Assembly: GCF_902459465.1 (NCBI RefSeq)
Contig: NC_047082.1
Span: 10,106,001-10,170,000, forward strand
Direction: 5' to 3'
Origin: Asterias rubens
Taxonomy: Eukaryota
DNA length: 64,000 nt
Numbering within the stretch: position 1 is the stretch's first letter; each line of letters starts with the position of its first letter. Below the pieces are notes generated by a model. The model was not told where the DNA came from, made no database searches, and saw only the letters and a program-made list of their open reading frames with translations. The position numbers and the translations under genes are program-made. Shown here one piece after another: positions 1-12,100 of the stretch.

Positions 1-667
1 GAAAAGTAAGTAGGCCTGCATCATTGGTACAGTTATTGCATGTAGATTGGGTTCAAGTGAAACTTATTATCATTAAATATTTCTTGTGATGAAACAAAGG
101 TTTATGCAAGAGTGAAACGCAACGTGACCAGAGGCCTGAAGATGATGAAGCAATGTCAGTTTTTGGTGTGGGGAAACCCTGTCCTAACACTGTGACCTGT
201 AGGTCCAAAAATATACCTGTGTAGGGAAGAAAAGTAAGTTTTATTTGTGAGAGAAAACAAAAACAAAAGTCCACTCAGGTATGAACTGGCATCTAAATCC
301 ATGCATACCTCCTGCCAGGGACTCGAACCGGGGTCCACAGAATCGAAAGGCATTTGAGAAAGCACTGGCTGAGCGTTAATCAAATTAACAAACGGCTTTG
401 TTTAAAGATTTGTGTATGAAATATTTTGACACCACAACGGAGCTAAAAGACAAAGTTCAAGACGACGCTCTGGTTATGAAAAAAATCCACATTTCTGTAT
501 TGTTCCTTAAATACAATAGCATGCTTTTTTTCCCCTTGATTGTCATCCAAGAAACATGACACCAGATTACACTCCCTTTAAGCCTCGTTCTGTTAACGTC
601 TCATGAAATAGGAGAGCCTCGTGACTCTATATCATAAACAATAACTGAATGTTTCCAATTGTTTTAG

Positions 668-2530
668 GTAAACTAACATGGATGGTTCCCATCGCCATTT
701 GCATTGCTGGTGTGGGTTTCCCTGGTGTCATCGCTTGCTACTTCATCTGCAGAAATAGGTATGCATTTCTGGGCTCGATGTGAAACATAGTAATAGATTA
801 ATTCTTGAGATGAGTTGCCATTTATAGCCATTGGACACTTTCGGTACAGAAAACAAATTAAAAAGTTCACAGATTTAAGAATAACAGAAGGTAATGGTGA
901 AAGAATTCTCTTGAAATTATTATTCCATGAAATGCTTTACTTTTTATGAAAACCTTTAAACAATATCAATTCTCATTACGGATGTATTTTAAACACATGT
1001 CATGACACGGCGAAACGTAGGGAAACAAGGATGGGTTTTACCGTTATTTTCTCCCGACTCCGATGACCGGTTGAGCCTTAAGTTTTCACAGGTTTGTTAT
1101 TTTATAAAGAAGTTGTTATACACGGGGTGTGAGCCTTGAACAATACTGTTTACCGAAAGTGTCCAATGGCTTTAAAGGCAGTGGATACTATTGGTAATTA
1201 CTCAAAACAATTATCATCATAAAACCTTAATTGGTAACGAGTAACGGAGAGAGGTTGATAGTATAAAACATTGTGAGAAACGGCTCCCTCTGAAGTGACA
1301 TAGTTTTCGAGAAAGAAGTAATTTTCCACGAATTTGATTTCGAGACCTAAAGTTTAGAATTTGAGGTCTCGAAATCAAGCATCTGAACGCACACAACTTC
1401 GTGTGACAAGGGTGTTTTTTCTTTCATTATTATCTCGCAACATCGACGACCGATTGAGTACAAATTTTCATAGGTTTGTTATACTATGCATATGTTGAGA
1501 TACACCAAGTGTGAAGACTAGTCTTTGACAATTGCCAATAGTGTCCAATTGGCTTTAACTCTCGATAGTGGTTTGTATTGTAAGGGTCTTGCGACAATAG
1601 GCAAACTTGAGACAACCAATTGCAGTGCGTGCTTTATGACCAATTTGGGGGCACAATGATTACGTTTTCGTGAACATTCAAAGGGAGCTGATCGCATGTA
1701 AATGTCATACGACATGACCCTAACACCAGACTTTGCTAAGATTGTTGCCGATAAGATTGATTGCACGATTAGTTCAATACTGCTTTGTAAATTGTTCAGA
1801 ATTAGTATGATTCACATTATTTATCATTACCATAGTAACTGGACTTTCGGTAAAAGGGAACGAATTTAAGATGTAAACGTCCATGAAAAAGTTTCCCTTT
1901 AAAGCAATCGCACAACATCGGTAAACAGTATTGTCTAAAGGCCGCAACTTACATATAAAACAACAAACCTGTGAAAATTTAGGCTCAATCGGTCATCGGA
2001 GTCGGTAGAAAATAACGGGAAAACCCATCCTTGTTTCCGCACGTTTCACCGTGTCATGAAATGTGTTTAAAATAAATCCGTTATTCTCGATATCGATAAT
2101 TGATCATTGTTTTAACGTTTTCTCAAAAAGTAAAGCATTTCATGGAATAATATTTCAAGAGAAGTCTTTCACCATTACCTTCTGTAAAACCTGTAAGTTA
2201 TTTGTATATCTGTGAACTTTTAATTTGTGTTCTGTTCAGAAAGTGTATAATGGCTTTAAAGACACTGGACACTGTTGGTAGTTGTCAAAGACCAGTCTTC
2301 TCACTTGGTGTGTCTCAACATATGTTTCGTTTCACAGGGGGGATCACATCGACCCGTTAGAAAGAATGTTGGTGTCCAAGAAGATAAGCGCCCCAATCAA
2401 GAAGACAAAGAGACTGATTAACCCGGCTACGGTTGTTCTAAATGCCGTCTCCGCTCAACCCGGTCCAGCTAATCCAGCGGTCCGAGTGATTAAGGTTCTT
2501 CCCCTAATCAGTGACGAGCAACAAGAGTGA
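668..2530 (+). CDS. 3' end of a single-pass membrane protein gene (TM exon 668-758; terminal exon 2338-2530)
   Basis: ttttag|GT...AG|gtatgc exon reads GKLTWMVPIAICIAGVGFPGVIACYFICRNR (hydrophobic TM followed by basic residues). Its phase-2 end matches the tttcacag|G acceptor at 2338, which reads GDHIDPLERML...DEQQE-stop. Upstream exons were not identified. Confidence 0.7.
826..1171. mobile_element. TTAA-type MITE family B
   Basis: TIR AGCCATTGGACAC...GTGTCCAATGGCT; shares TTAA 1172-1175 with the adjacent family-A copy. Confidence 0.8.
1176..1554. mobile_element. MITE family A (Kolobok-like, TTAA-flanked)
   Basis: TTAA|AGGCAGTGGATAC...; matches the many other copies in the window. Confidence 0.85.
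1903..2255. mobile_element. MITE family B, reverse orientation
   Basis: Reverse complement of 826-1171; abuts a family-A fragment (2260-2324) at a shared TTAA. Confidence 0.75.
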
Positions 2531-3845
2531 AGACTCGTAAACCGTTTATAGAAGAACTTTCCGGTTATTTTGCTGCAGGAATACGGAACGCTGTTTTTTG
2601 GAACTTTATTTTCATTCCGTAAAATAAAAAGACCTTTATCATGAGTTTTTGCATGTGTACACAAATCTGGGTGAAATAACAATAATGCTCTACATGTACT
2701 GGTGTCTGTGTAGGTGTTTGGGTAAGTGGTTGATTGTAATTACGCTAATTAGCATAATCAATATTTGCATTTACGGAGTTCGTAAAATTACGGAAATTGT
2801 AGCGATGGTGGTTCGCATGTTTCGTTTCGTGTGTAGGCTAATAGAATGCAGTTGAAAGAAAAGAAGATTAGCTAAACATGATCGGAGACCTTGTACTAGA
2901 ACAAAGTAAGCTTAGCTTAGCATGTGACGTCATTAAGGTATCCTGGGCTGGATGTCAAGGTCGGACCATCTCGTGTACCGTCTGTATGTTCGTTTCCGTT
3001 GTTTTATGATCGTTTCACCGGCTTTTGATGTGAATGCATTTAAGGTCAACAGGTCGAATGAGTAGGGGACAAAAAGTGTACAAGGTAGATTACCAAAAGA
3101 CAGCATCATGTAGATTATTGTTGTATCACTTCTTTTTTTAACAGTTCGTAAAAAAATAGATCTGAACCTAAACAGATACTTGAGCAAAATTAGTTTCTAA
3201 CGGGAATGCTATATATTAAACTTGTTTATAATTTTTTTTTCTTCCTATAATTGTTAGCTGGATAGTTGAATTGCTTGCTGAATTGTTTATAAATAGCAGT
3301 ACAGAAATAATAAGAAAAACTATAAACACTTCTGCCGTTGACGGCTTTTCTCAAAAGGACATCACTTTGACGTCATGTGTGGGATGTTGCTTTGTTATCC
3401 ACACATCCATGCTGCCCATTAAAAGTTTATAATTGAATAGGTAGTGTCATAGATTTGGAAACAAAATGACTAAAGGGGCATAAACATTTACTTGGTGATG
3501 AGAAGCGATGCAGATGTTGAGAGCTACGACTATTTTGTTGAGAATGGACTCCCTTTGAAATATTTAGATTTGAATACATATACCGATGATGAGTAATATT
3601 ATCATTAACATAAAACACAGGATCGAGAGAGACTAATAATTGTATGACGAAACTAAAGTTAACATGTTGCGTGATTCATAAAAAGCTACGCCTGTACTTA
3701 ACTCATCAATTGTTTGTTTTTTCGAGAAAAAAAGAAGAGAAATATTACTGTATTTCGATGACAATGGGGATCAATATTACTTGATTAGATAATTAAGAGC
3801 TTTGACGTAGACACAGTGAAGATCTGGGCCATTGGATCCCATTAA

Positions 3846-4460
3846 AGGCACTGTGTACTATTTGGTAATTACTCAAAATAATTGTTAGCATACAGCCTTA
3901 CATGGTAATGAACCTCAGTGGTATACTCTCCAGCCAAACTGGCCTTGTCACACAATGGGAAACCATGTAGAGTTTTAAGGCATTGCACGTTTGGGAATTA
4001 CTCAAAATAATTGTTAGCATACAGACTTACATGGTAATGACCCCAATGTTTTTATCTCTCCATCCAAACTGGCCTTGTCACACAATGGGAAACTGTATGT
4101 GGAGTTTTAAGGCACTGCACGTTAAGGAATTACTCAAAATAATTGTTAGCATAAAGACTTACTTGGTAACTAGCAATGGAGAGCTATTGATAGTATAACA
4201 TATGGAGAGAAACGCCTCTCTCTGAAGTATTCGTAGTTTTGAGAAAGAGGTAATTTCTCACTCAAATATCGAAAGACTCCAGACCTGAAAGCCTTTAGAC
4301 ATCTAAAAGCACACAAATTTGTGCAACAAGGGTCTTTCCTTTTATTATTCTCTTGCAACTTCAATGACCAATTGAGTAAAACTGTTCACAGACTTATTAT
4401 TTTATGCATAATTTTGAGTTACACAAGTGAGAATACTGGTCTTTGACGTTTACCAAGGTG
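3846..4460. mobile_element. MITE family A with triplicated left end
   Basis: aattactcaaaataattgttagcat starts at 3867, 3996 and 4128. Confidence 0.7.
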
Positions 4461-4461
4461 T

Positions 4462-4919
4462 CTATACCAGGATGCATAAAAAAAAACTATACACTTTTGA
4501 AATGTCTGCCGAATAAAAAATACATGATTCTGGGGGAAAGGGTTTGTATATATGGATAGCTTATGGATTCAACTCTCAGGTGACACCAAAAAGTCCGAAA
4601 ATAAACCATGATTGGGTGAGCTTGGCTCACTTTTGTAAAGGGTATGAAAATTAGGTTGCGCAGTAATTAGCCTTCTAATTTGTGAGAGGTAAGTCCTTTG
4701 TGAGCTCACAAAATTCACTCCAATTATATCGGCTACTTATTCTTCAGTGAGCGGTGCTCACCCAATCATGAATTATTTTTAGAGTTTTAGGTGGCACTTT
4801 CAAAACTGAGTCCAAGCTATCCATAAATCTAAACATTTCCCCCAGAGTCATATATTTTTTTTTCGGCAGCCATTTCAAAAGTGTATAGGTTTTATGAGAC
4901 GCACGGTATGGTGCCTTTA
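4462..4919. mobile_element. Foldback-type MITE with ~170-bp imperfect inverted arms
   Basis: ctatacacttttgaaatg..ctgggggaaa..ggatagct..catgattgggtgagc versus gctcacccaatcatg..agctatcc..tttcccccag..caaaagtgtatag; ends tggtgcctTTAA. Confidence 0.65.
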
Positions 4920-6125
4920 AGATTGATAAGGAGCTTATCAAGGCGATCGATATGCCGCGTTGCAAGAAATAAGTTGCCCGGTGTAGAAATTGTAATTTGT
5001 TCTTTCATCTCCCAAGCAACGGCTTAGTGTTTATCATATTGGCCACAAACCTTTTTACTTCTGAACTGAACTGAACTGACGTTTTATGGTAAGCTCTGTG
5101 TGACCCCAAAACGGGATAAATGTATCACACTATGGTATAGAAACAACTTTTTAAAATGCTCTAGAATAGCAAGGGTCGTGGATTCGAATCCCACCCGAGT
5201 AATATTACTATGCCTGTTATGTTTGCTTTCACAGGACTCGGGAAAGTACTGAGTATATACATTGCCAACACACATCAGTGTATATGGGTAAAACATAACA
5301 ATAACAATAATGATAATAACGAGATTATTTTGTTAAATTTGTTAATTTGACATCAGAATGTGGAGTGTAGGGCTCACTGAGCTTTATTGGAATAACACAA
5401 AATTGCCTTTTCGTTTACTTAAGTTTTTTTTCTGTCATTTTTTCAAGCAACCTTGGTCAAGGGGAAACAACTGTATGAGTTTGTGCTCGAGTGCTTTTGA
5501 CTTTTCGATTAATACGCAACATCCTATCAAAATGTTCAGTCCCGCCGGTCAGCCCTCTTTATGAAAAGGAAAGAGGTTGTATTTATTGATAGCACCAAAC
5601 GAGATCCAAGGAGAAAGGACGTCCACTAATCGGAAAATGGGTTGGAAGGGAAAAAAGCCCTGGAATAAAACGCACGATCGATTCCATTCGATTCCACTTT
5701 GCTGGCAGCAAACACCAACCAACATATCCATATTTACTGATGAGCATGAAGCACAATTGACGAATCAAAGTCAAATACGAGTTCATCAGCCCAAGGTTTT
5801 TCTTACTGATAAACAACCTAAACATCGTTGATTATCTGCAACAACTGCTGACTTAGCAATTATATTTACTACATTTGTATGGCACGTTAATTAGCAAGTC
5901 TTGTGTAACAGTTGATCACTGCGCATTACACTGACGCGACGGCAGTTTGGCGAGTTTGGAGTGATATTCTGTATTTAAGTTGATTGCATGCAACTCGTGC
6001 AGCCAGTTTGAATCGAATGCGGCGTTCATTTAACAAGATATCTACGGTGTAGCTCTACAATATTCAGGCATCGTCTTTTGCAGTCTGTTTTTCCGGACAT
6101 GATCAACTGAGTCAAAGTGGACACC

Positions 6126-8969
6126 ATGGGTGGAATCATCCTGTTTGTGGTAAGTCATTTGGTCTGGAGTGTCTTCTTGCAGTTTCCTTTTTTGAGGGAG
6201 AAGCATCACTAGGGGATAATGGTTTTGTTTCTCAATGGTACACACACGTTTTAAAGGCAGTGGACACTATTGGTAACTACTCAAAATAATTATTATCAGA
6301 AAACCTCACTTGCTAACGAGTAATGGATAGAGGTTGATAGTATAAAACATTGTGAGAAACGGCTACCTCTGAAGTGGAGTAGGTTTCTAAAAAGAAGTAA
6401 TTTTCCACGAATTTGATTTCGAGACCTCAAGTTTAGAATTTGAGGTCTCGAAATCAAGCATCTGAAAGCACACAACTTCGTGTGACAAGGGTGTTTTTTC
6501 TTTCATAGTTGTCTCGCAACTCCATCGACCAATCGAGCTCCAGTTTTCACAGGTTTGTTATTTTATGCATATGTCGCGCCACAGCAAGTGAGATGACTTG
6601 TCTTTGACATGTACCAACAGTGTCCACTGGCTTTAAACCAAAATCTTAAACACGAAAACATCATGCTTTGTTTCCCAAATCAATGCAATGCCATTTTGTA
6701 GTCATAAAGTTATGCTCCCTTGCACTGCAGTTTACCTATACACCGTGTTTCCCGCCTGATGCCTATCCTCGTTCAAGGTATTCTACCTGGGTTTCTTTAA
6801 AAAAAAAACTTGTATCTGGTGCTCGATGTGTGGTATTATAGTAACCTCCTACTTTTGTATTTTCATTTTGTTATCCAAATCTCTGGAAATCTCTGGTCGG
6901 GGAGGGGGAATGTACACGAGTAAACGTGTGGGCACTATTGGTATTTACTCAAAATAATTGTTAGCATAAAAACTTACTAGGTATCGAGCAGTTGAGAGCT
7001 ATTGATGGTAAAACACTGTGGAAAACGGCTCCCTCTGAAGTGATATAGTTTTTGAAAAAGAAGTAACTTTCCACGAATTTGATTTTGAGACCTCAGATTT
7101 AGAATTTGAGGTCTCGAAATCAACCATTTAATGCACACAACTTCGTGTGACAAGGGTGTTTTTTTCTTTGTTATTTTCTCGCCAGTTCAATGACCGATTG
7201 AGCTCAAGTTTTCACAGATTTGCTTGTTTATGCATTTGGTGAGATACACCAACTGTGAGGGCTAGTCTTTGACAATTACCAAATATTGATTTATTTCCCT
7301 GTCGTTCCATACAGTGCCTTTGCATGCAAGCTTTGCGTGCATCTGGACAATGTGTTGACGGTAAGTGTTTCTTCTCATTTTATTTTTGTTCTGTGATTTT
7401 TTACTATCAAACTATTGCTGTGAAGTCACTCTATTGATGAAAATGTAGATTACAAAATGGGTAAAAACCAAAATTATTATTCATCAATACTCCACACATA
7501 CTCGTCGTCATCGCACAAAGCACGTCTACAGGTTTTGCAACGTTTTGTGTCATATTTTCCGTGCACTATAAACACTGGGTATGGATACCGAACAAAGAAT
7601 CAAAATGTGTTTGCTTTTTGAGAAATTTGTGTTATTTAAACAACCTATTGTGTAAGTTTTGATTCTTTTGTTTTTGTATCATGTGTTAAAAACCATGGTG
7701 CTAATAACACCCCAGTTTTTGCAGTGTGGCCATAGATGTAGCCTCAAATGTTTGCGTATTTTTTTGTTTTTCCGAAACGGCGGCAGGCAGCGCGTGTGTG
7801 TGCATAGACTTGATTCAAGTCCCGTTACGCATACCCTCGCCGCCTTCAAAATGTAGTTATTGTGGTGCGGGACAGGTCGCGGAATGCAAAGCATCACAAA
7901 GCAATCGTTTTCTGAGACTGGCACGGGATTGGGACTTGAGTCAAGTCTAGTGTGTGCACTGCGCTTGAAGTTATAAGCAATGAGTGGATTTCATTGTTTT
8001 CTATGCAGAGTCGCCTTTACCTCCCGTTGTTCCCCCTACTACCTGGACGGCTTGGTACAGCGTGGATGACCCGATGGACGGCACAGAGAATGAAACACTA
8101 TTGGCTATCAGAGAGGTAGGCTAAAGGCACTGTGGTCGACTCACAAAGAACTTAAGACTTGTCCTATATTAAAAACTCATCCTAACTTGGGATAAGACTA
8201 AACCTTAAATACACTGGACACCTTTATTAGTAATTGTCAAAGACCGGGGATGCACAAAATAGCAAACCTGTGAAAACTTGAACTCAATGTGTCGTCGAAG
8301 TTTCGAGAGAATATAGAAATAAATTAAAAACACCCTTGTCGACAAAACGATACATTACTACAGAGGGAGCCGTTTCCCACAATGTTTTATACTATCAACA
8401 GCTCTCCGTTGATTGTTTTAGCATAATGTGGACTTACTTGTTAAAACAAGTTAAAACTTGTTAAAACAAGTAAGGTTTTATGCTAACAATTATCTTGAGC
8501 AATTACCATTAGTGTCCAGTGCTTTGAAACTCTTTGTGATTTGATTTGATTTGCTGTTTGATTTGACAGAGTAAGTTCTTATCAATGTTCTAGATTGACC
8601 CGTCAGTATGTACAAATCCGACTCTTGCCGAGTGTCGAGTAAGATTCATCGACACCGACTCAGTAACCAAGGGGCAAGTTCTTGTGACCGGCTGCACACC
8701 AATCGCCGGACTCTTGTGCCAAAACTCGGACCAGCCAAACCAAGAAGTATGCCTGGATTACGAGATCAGATTTGAATGCCCATCTCCGAGTGGTAATAAA
8801 CAGTTATTTTAATTCAGGGTTTACATGTTGGGGTGTGTGTATGTTTGTTTGTTTGTTAATTTGTTCGTTTGTTGTTGATGTTGCTCTCTGCTGTTGCTGT
8901 CGTTGTCGCTGTTGTCGTCGTTGTCGTTGTCGTTGTCGTTGCCGTTGTCGTTGTCGTTGTCGTTGTCCA

Positions 8970-9012
<43 letters not shown>

Positions 9013-9090
9013 TTCGTTGTCGTTGAGGTATCGTTGTCGTTGTCTTCGGTACCTCATCCAGAACGCGAAGGTCCACCCCGTTGTCGTTGT

Positions 9091-9125
<35 letters not shown>

Positions 9126-12100
9126 TTGTTGTTGTTCTCGTTCTCGTGCCGTTAACGTGTTCGTATCTGGTGTTGTTTTGCTGTTGCTGTTGTTGTTGGT
9201 CTTGCTGTTGCTGTTGCTGCTGTTGTTGCTATTTATTTGGACAATGAAGTAGTGTTAGTTTTTTATTAACTTTTAAAATGTAAGCATTATTTTTTTTCAG
9301 ACACTCTTCCTGAACCCCATTTTCATTGGGATTTGAGCACAAAGGTATCGGTACATGACGACGAACCCCTGACCTGTGATGGCGCCACGGTGACGTCAAT
9401 CTACCCCAATATCGGTGGCATGACAGGCACCGTTAATGGGGGTACCCTGGGAGCTGCACATGCTTACGATTCATCTGATCACCTGTGCGCCGTCAGGATT
9501 TCTGACCCGCAGCATACTGGTTGGGTAGTTTACGGCTCGGCCGCCGGGAAGTGCATCTCGAGCACTGTCTGTTGCACCTCGGGGTGGACCTTCGCGTTCT
9601 GGATGAGATACCGAAGCACGCCAAGTCCTACAACGAGACATGTCTTTAACAGTGGAGGGCATACGTCAGCATCGCGAGGTGGTCTGAATGTTTATCTCAC
9701 CAGGAAATTCGGGCTGATGGTCCGCGGGGCTTTAGGCGGCAAGTCGTGGGAAATGAAAATGTCGGGTGCATCCACCTTCCCACCGGAAGCATGGACCCAC
9801 CACTGCTTCACATACGATCTGGTAGAGGGAACGAAGTATTTCAAAAATGGTGATTTACTTTATTCGCTTGTACCACCTGTAATAAACAGTCCTTCAGAAG
9901 ACCTTGACGACGTTATCATGTTCGCGCCCACCTCTTTGGGAACCGGCAATTTTCCCGAAGGAGATTACAGCGATTTCAAGATGTTTTACAGAACATTTAA
10001 TAACACTGAAGTTCAAAAGTTATACTCAAAAGAAACATCCGGTAAGTGGTAGTTATCGGTATTATTATATTTACCTGTTTGTACCCACTTCATAACTGTT
10101 GAATCACCACCCAAAAGAAATCACAGACGGATATGGAATCCCCAAAGGGACATGTCAAAAACAGAAATTGTCATATGTATTTTTTCCCCTCCAATTAATC
10201 ATTCGTTCCCCGAAATGAGTTATTTTGTTTCCTCGAAGTAATGTTTCGAGGGAACGAAATGTCGAGGTGACGAAATAATATTTCATAGGAACGAATAGCG
10301 TTGAATTTTGTTTTACCATGGTACATCTGTTCATTTAGGAGTTCCGTAGACATATTCGGGCACTAAACAAAGTGTCCGTTTTATGATGTTGCACAATGCA
10401 ATACGTTTACTGCAACAACCCAGTCCAGCCTTCTCTTGAAGACGACCAGGTTTTACTGTTTGAAACGTCGAGGTGTTAAACCACCGGTTCTTCTCGGAAC
10501 CACCACTTTTCAAAAAGGTTTATGCACACAATATCATCTCAAATTTCACGGGATAAAATTTACCTGGCCAGTGTTTCACTTGATATTATTTGAAATAGTA
10601 GTTTGTACTTGTATTTCCGCAGGCATAAAACAAAACTCAAATAAAAAAGATAACAAATGAACACATTCCTAAATTGTTTTCAACTTGTTTTAACTTGTGT
10701 ATGGATGGCTTTACAAAAAGAAGCTACCGAAATCACAGAACAGAATATGAAACAGCCTCTTCATAGTTTAACCATAAGGTAATAAGTGAGTGGTAGCACG
10801 GCGTCAAGTCAATTTGAGACTTTTGATCGCTATAGTTGCCGCAGACCTACATGTAAAACTACATTGTTTACGTAGATCTTAGCATGGGCACAACCCCGAG
10901 AACAAAGGATTGACCTTGTAAGTCTGCTGCCACCCAGCGTCCCAAAAGTCCACCATTATTATAGTATTTGGCGTTTTCCATTCGTATTTGTATCAGACTA
11001 ACCTGCTTCCACCAAAACTTTACATTGTGTTTGTCTAGGAGGAGTGATGTAAATCCTTAATCAAAAATCCAGACTTCCCAGTGCAATTCGATATGACATT
11101 TTGTAAAAGATATTTGGATTAATTTATTTTCTTTCGTTTTTTACATTCATTGTGTGCTTAAAATTAAGTTACACTACACTCTTTAACAAACTCTTTATTT
11201 ATTTTTCTTTCAGAATCAACTTTATTGATCCACTACTTGCGTAAACACAGCCACAGTGACAGTTTCGATGTGGAGATCGAATGCTTAGCAAAGGCAGGAC
11301 GATCCCCTAACATCACCTGGTATCGCTCGGACGACGGAGACCACTTCAGCGTGGTGTCTCCTTCATCAGGAGACGTTGCTATCTTCGAAAGCTCCCCCAA
11401 CAGCTACAGGCGGCGCTCTCTGCTAATGGTCCGCGGACTGTCATTCGCAACCGATGTCATTTTTGTTTGTGAAGCTTTAGATGGCAGAACTGGAGGAGCG
11501 GTGTCCAAAATCGTAACAATTCCAAAACGTAAGTAGGGACGTCTTATGTAGTATGTGTAATTGGAGACTTTGGAACGCTAGGTGGCAGCAGACTTACCAA
11601 GTAAATTTCCATTGTGTACGTTGTTATGAGCACCCGCACATTACAGAGAACAATGGATTCACCTCTGCTGTCACCTAGGGTCCCAAAAGTCTCACATTGC
11701 CTACAACGCTTGCATTAGCCTGGACATCTGACTTTACACTTCGAGGTTCGTGAATAACGCCAGAGAGTGGCCTCTAGCCCTAGGTCAATCCCCGTCCATA
11801 AACACCTTTCACCTAGACCCATATGCAGACGGCCGCAAATGCAGAGCTGCCAAACGTCACCTCGGACTAATCAAAACACAGAATAGAAAGCTTACGTGAC
11901 TCTTCTACTTGTATCCAATGAAATGATTGTATCCAATGAAATCACTGGTTCTGAAAAGCAAGTACTTGTATTTATCCTTGCGTATAAAAACAAGGGACCA
12001 GTCTACGCTTGCATAAACTGCAACTTCATTTTTAAGTGTGTGTTTATGGGTTACAGGTAGCATGTACTGGACGCCTTGGTTAAGCGCTGATGACCCGGCC

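Noticed and set aside
2336-2344. RGD tripeptide in the first gene
   Set aside because: It lies on the cytoplasmic side just after the TM segment, so it is not an integrin ligand
5089-5091. Alternative ATG|gtaagc micro-exon as start of the mosaic gene
   Set aside because: It lies in or next to a SINE-like fragment; 6126 has a better Kozak context and completes a proper signal peptide
8772-9252. Poly-CR / poly-V / poly-ND / poly-QR ORFs
   Set aside because: Translations of an intronic microsatellite
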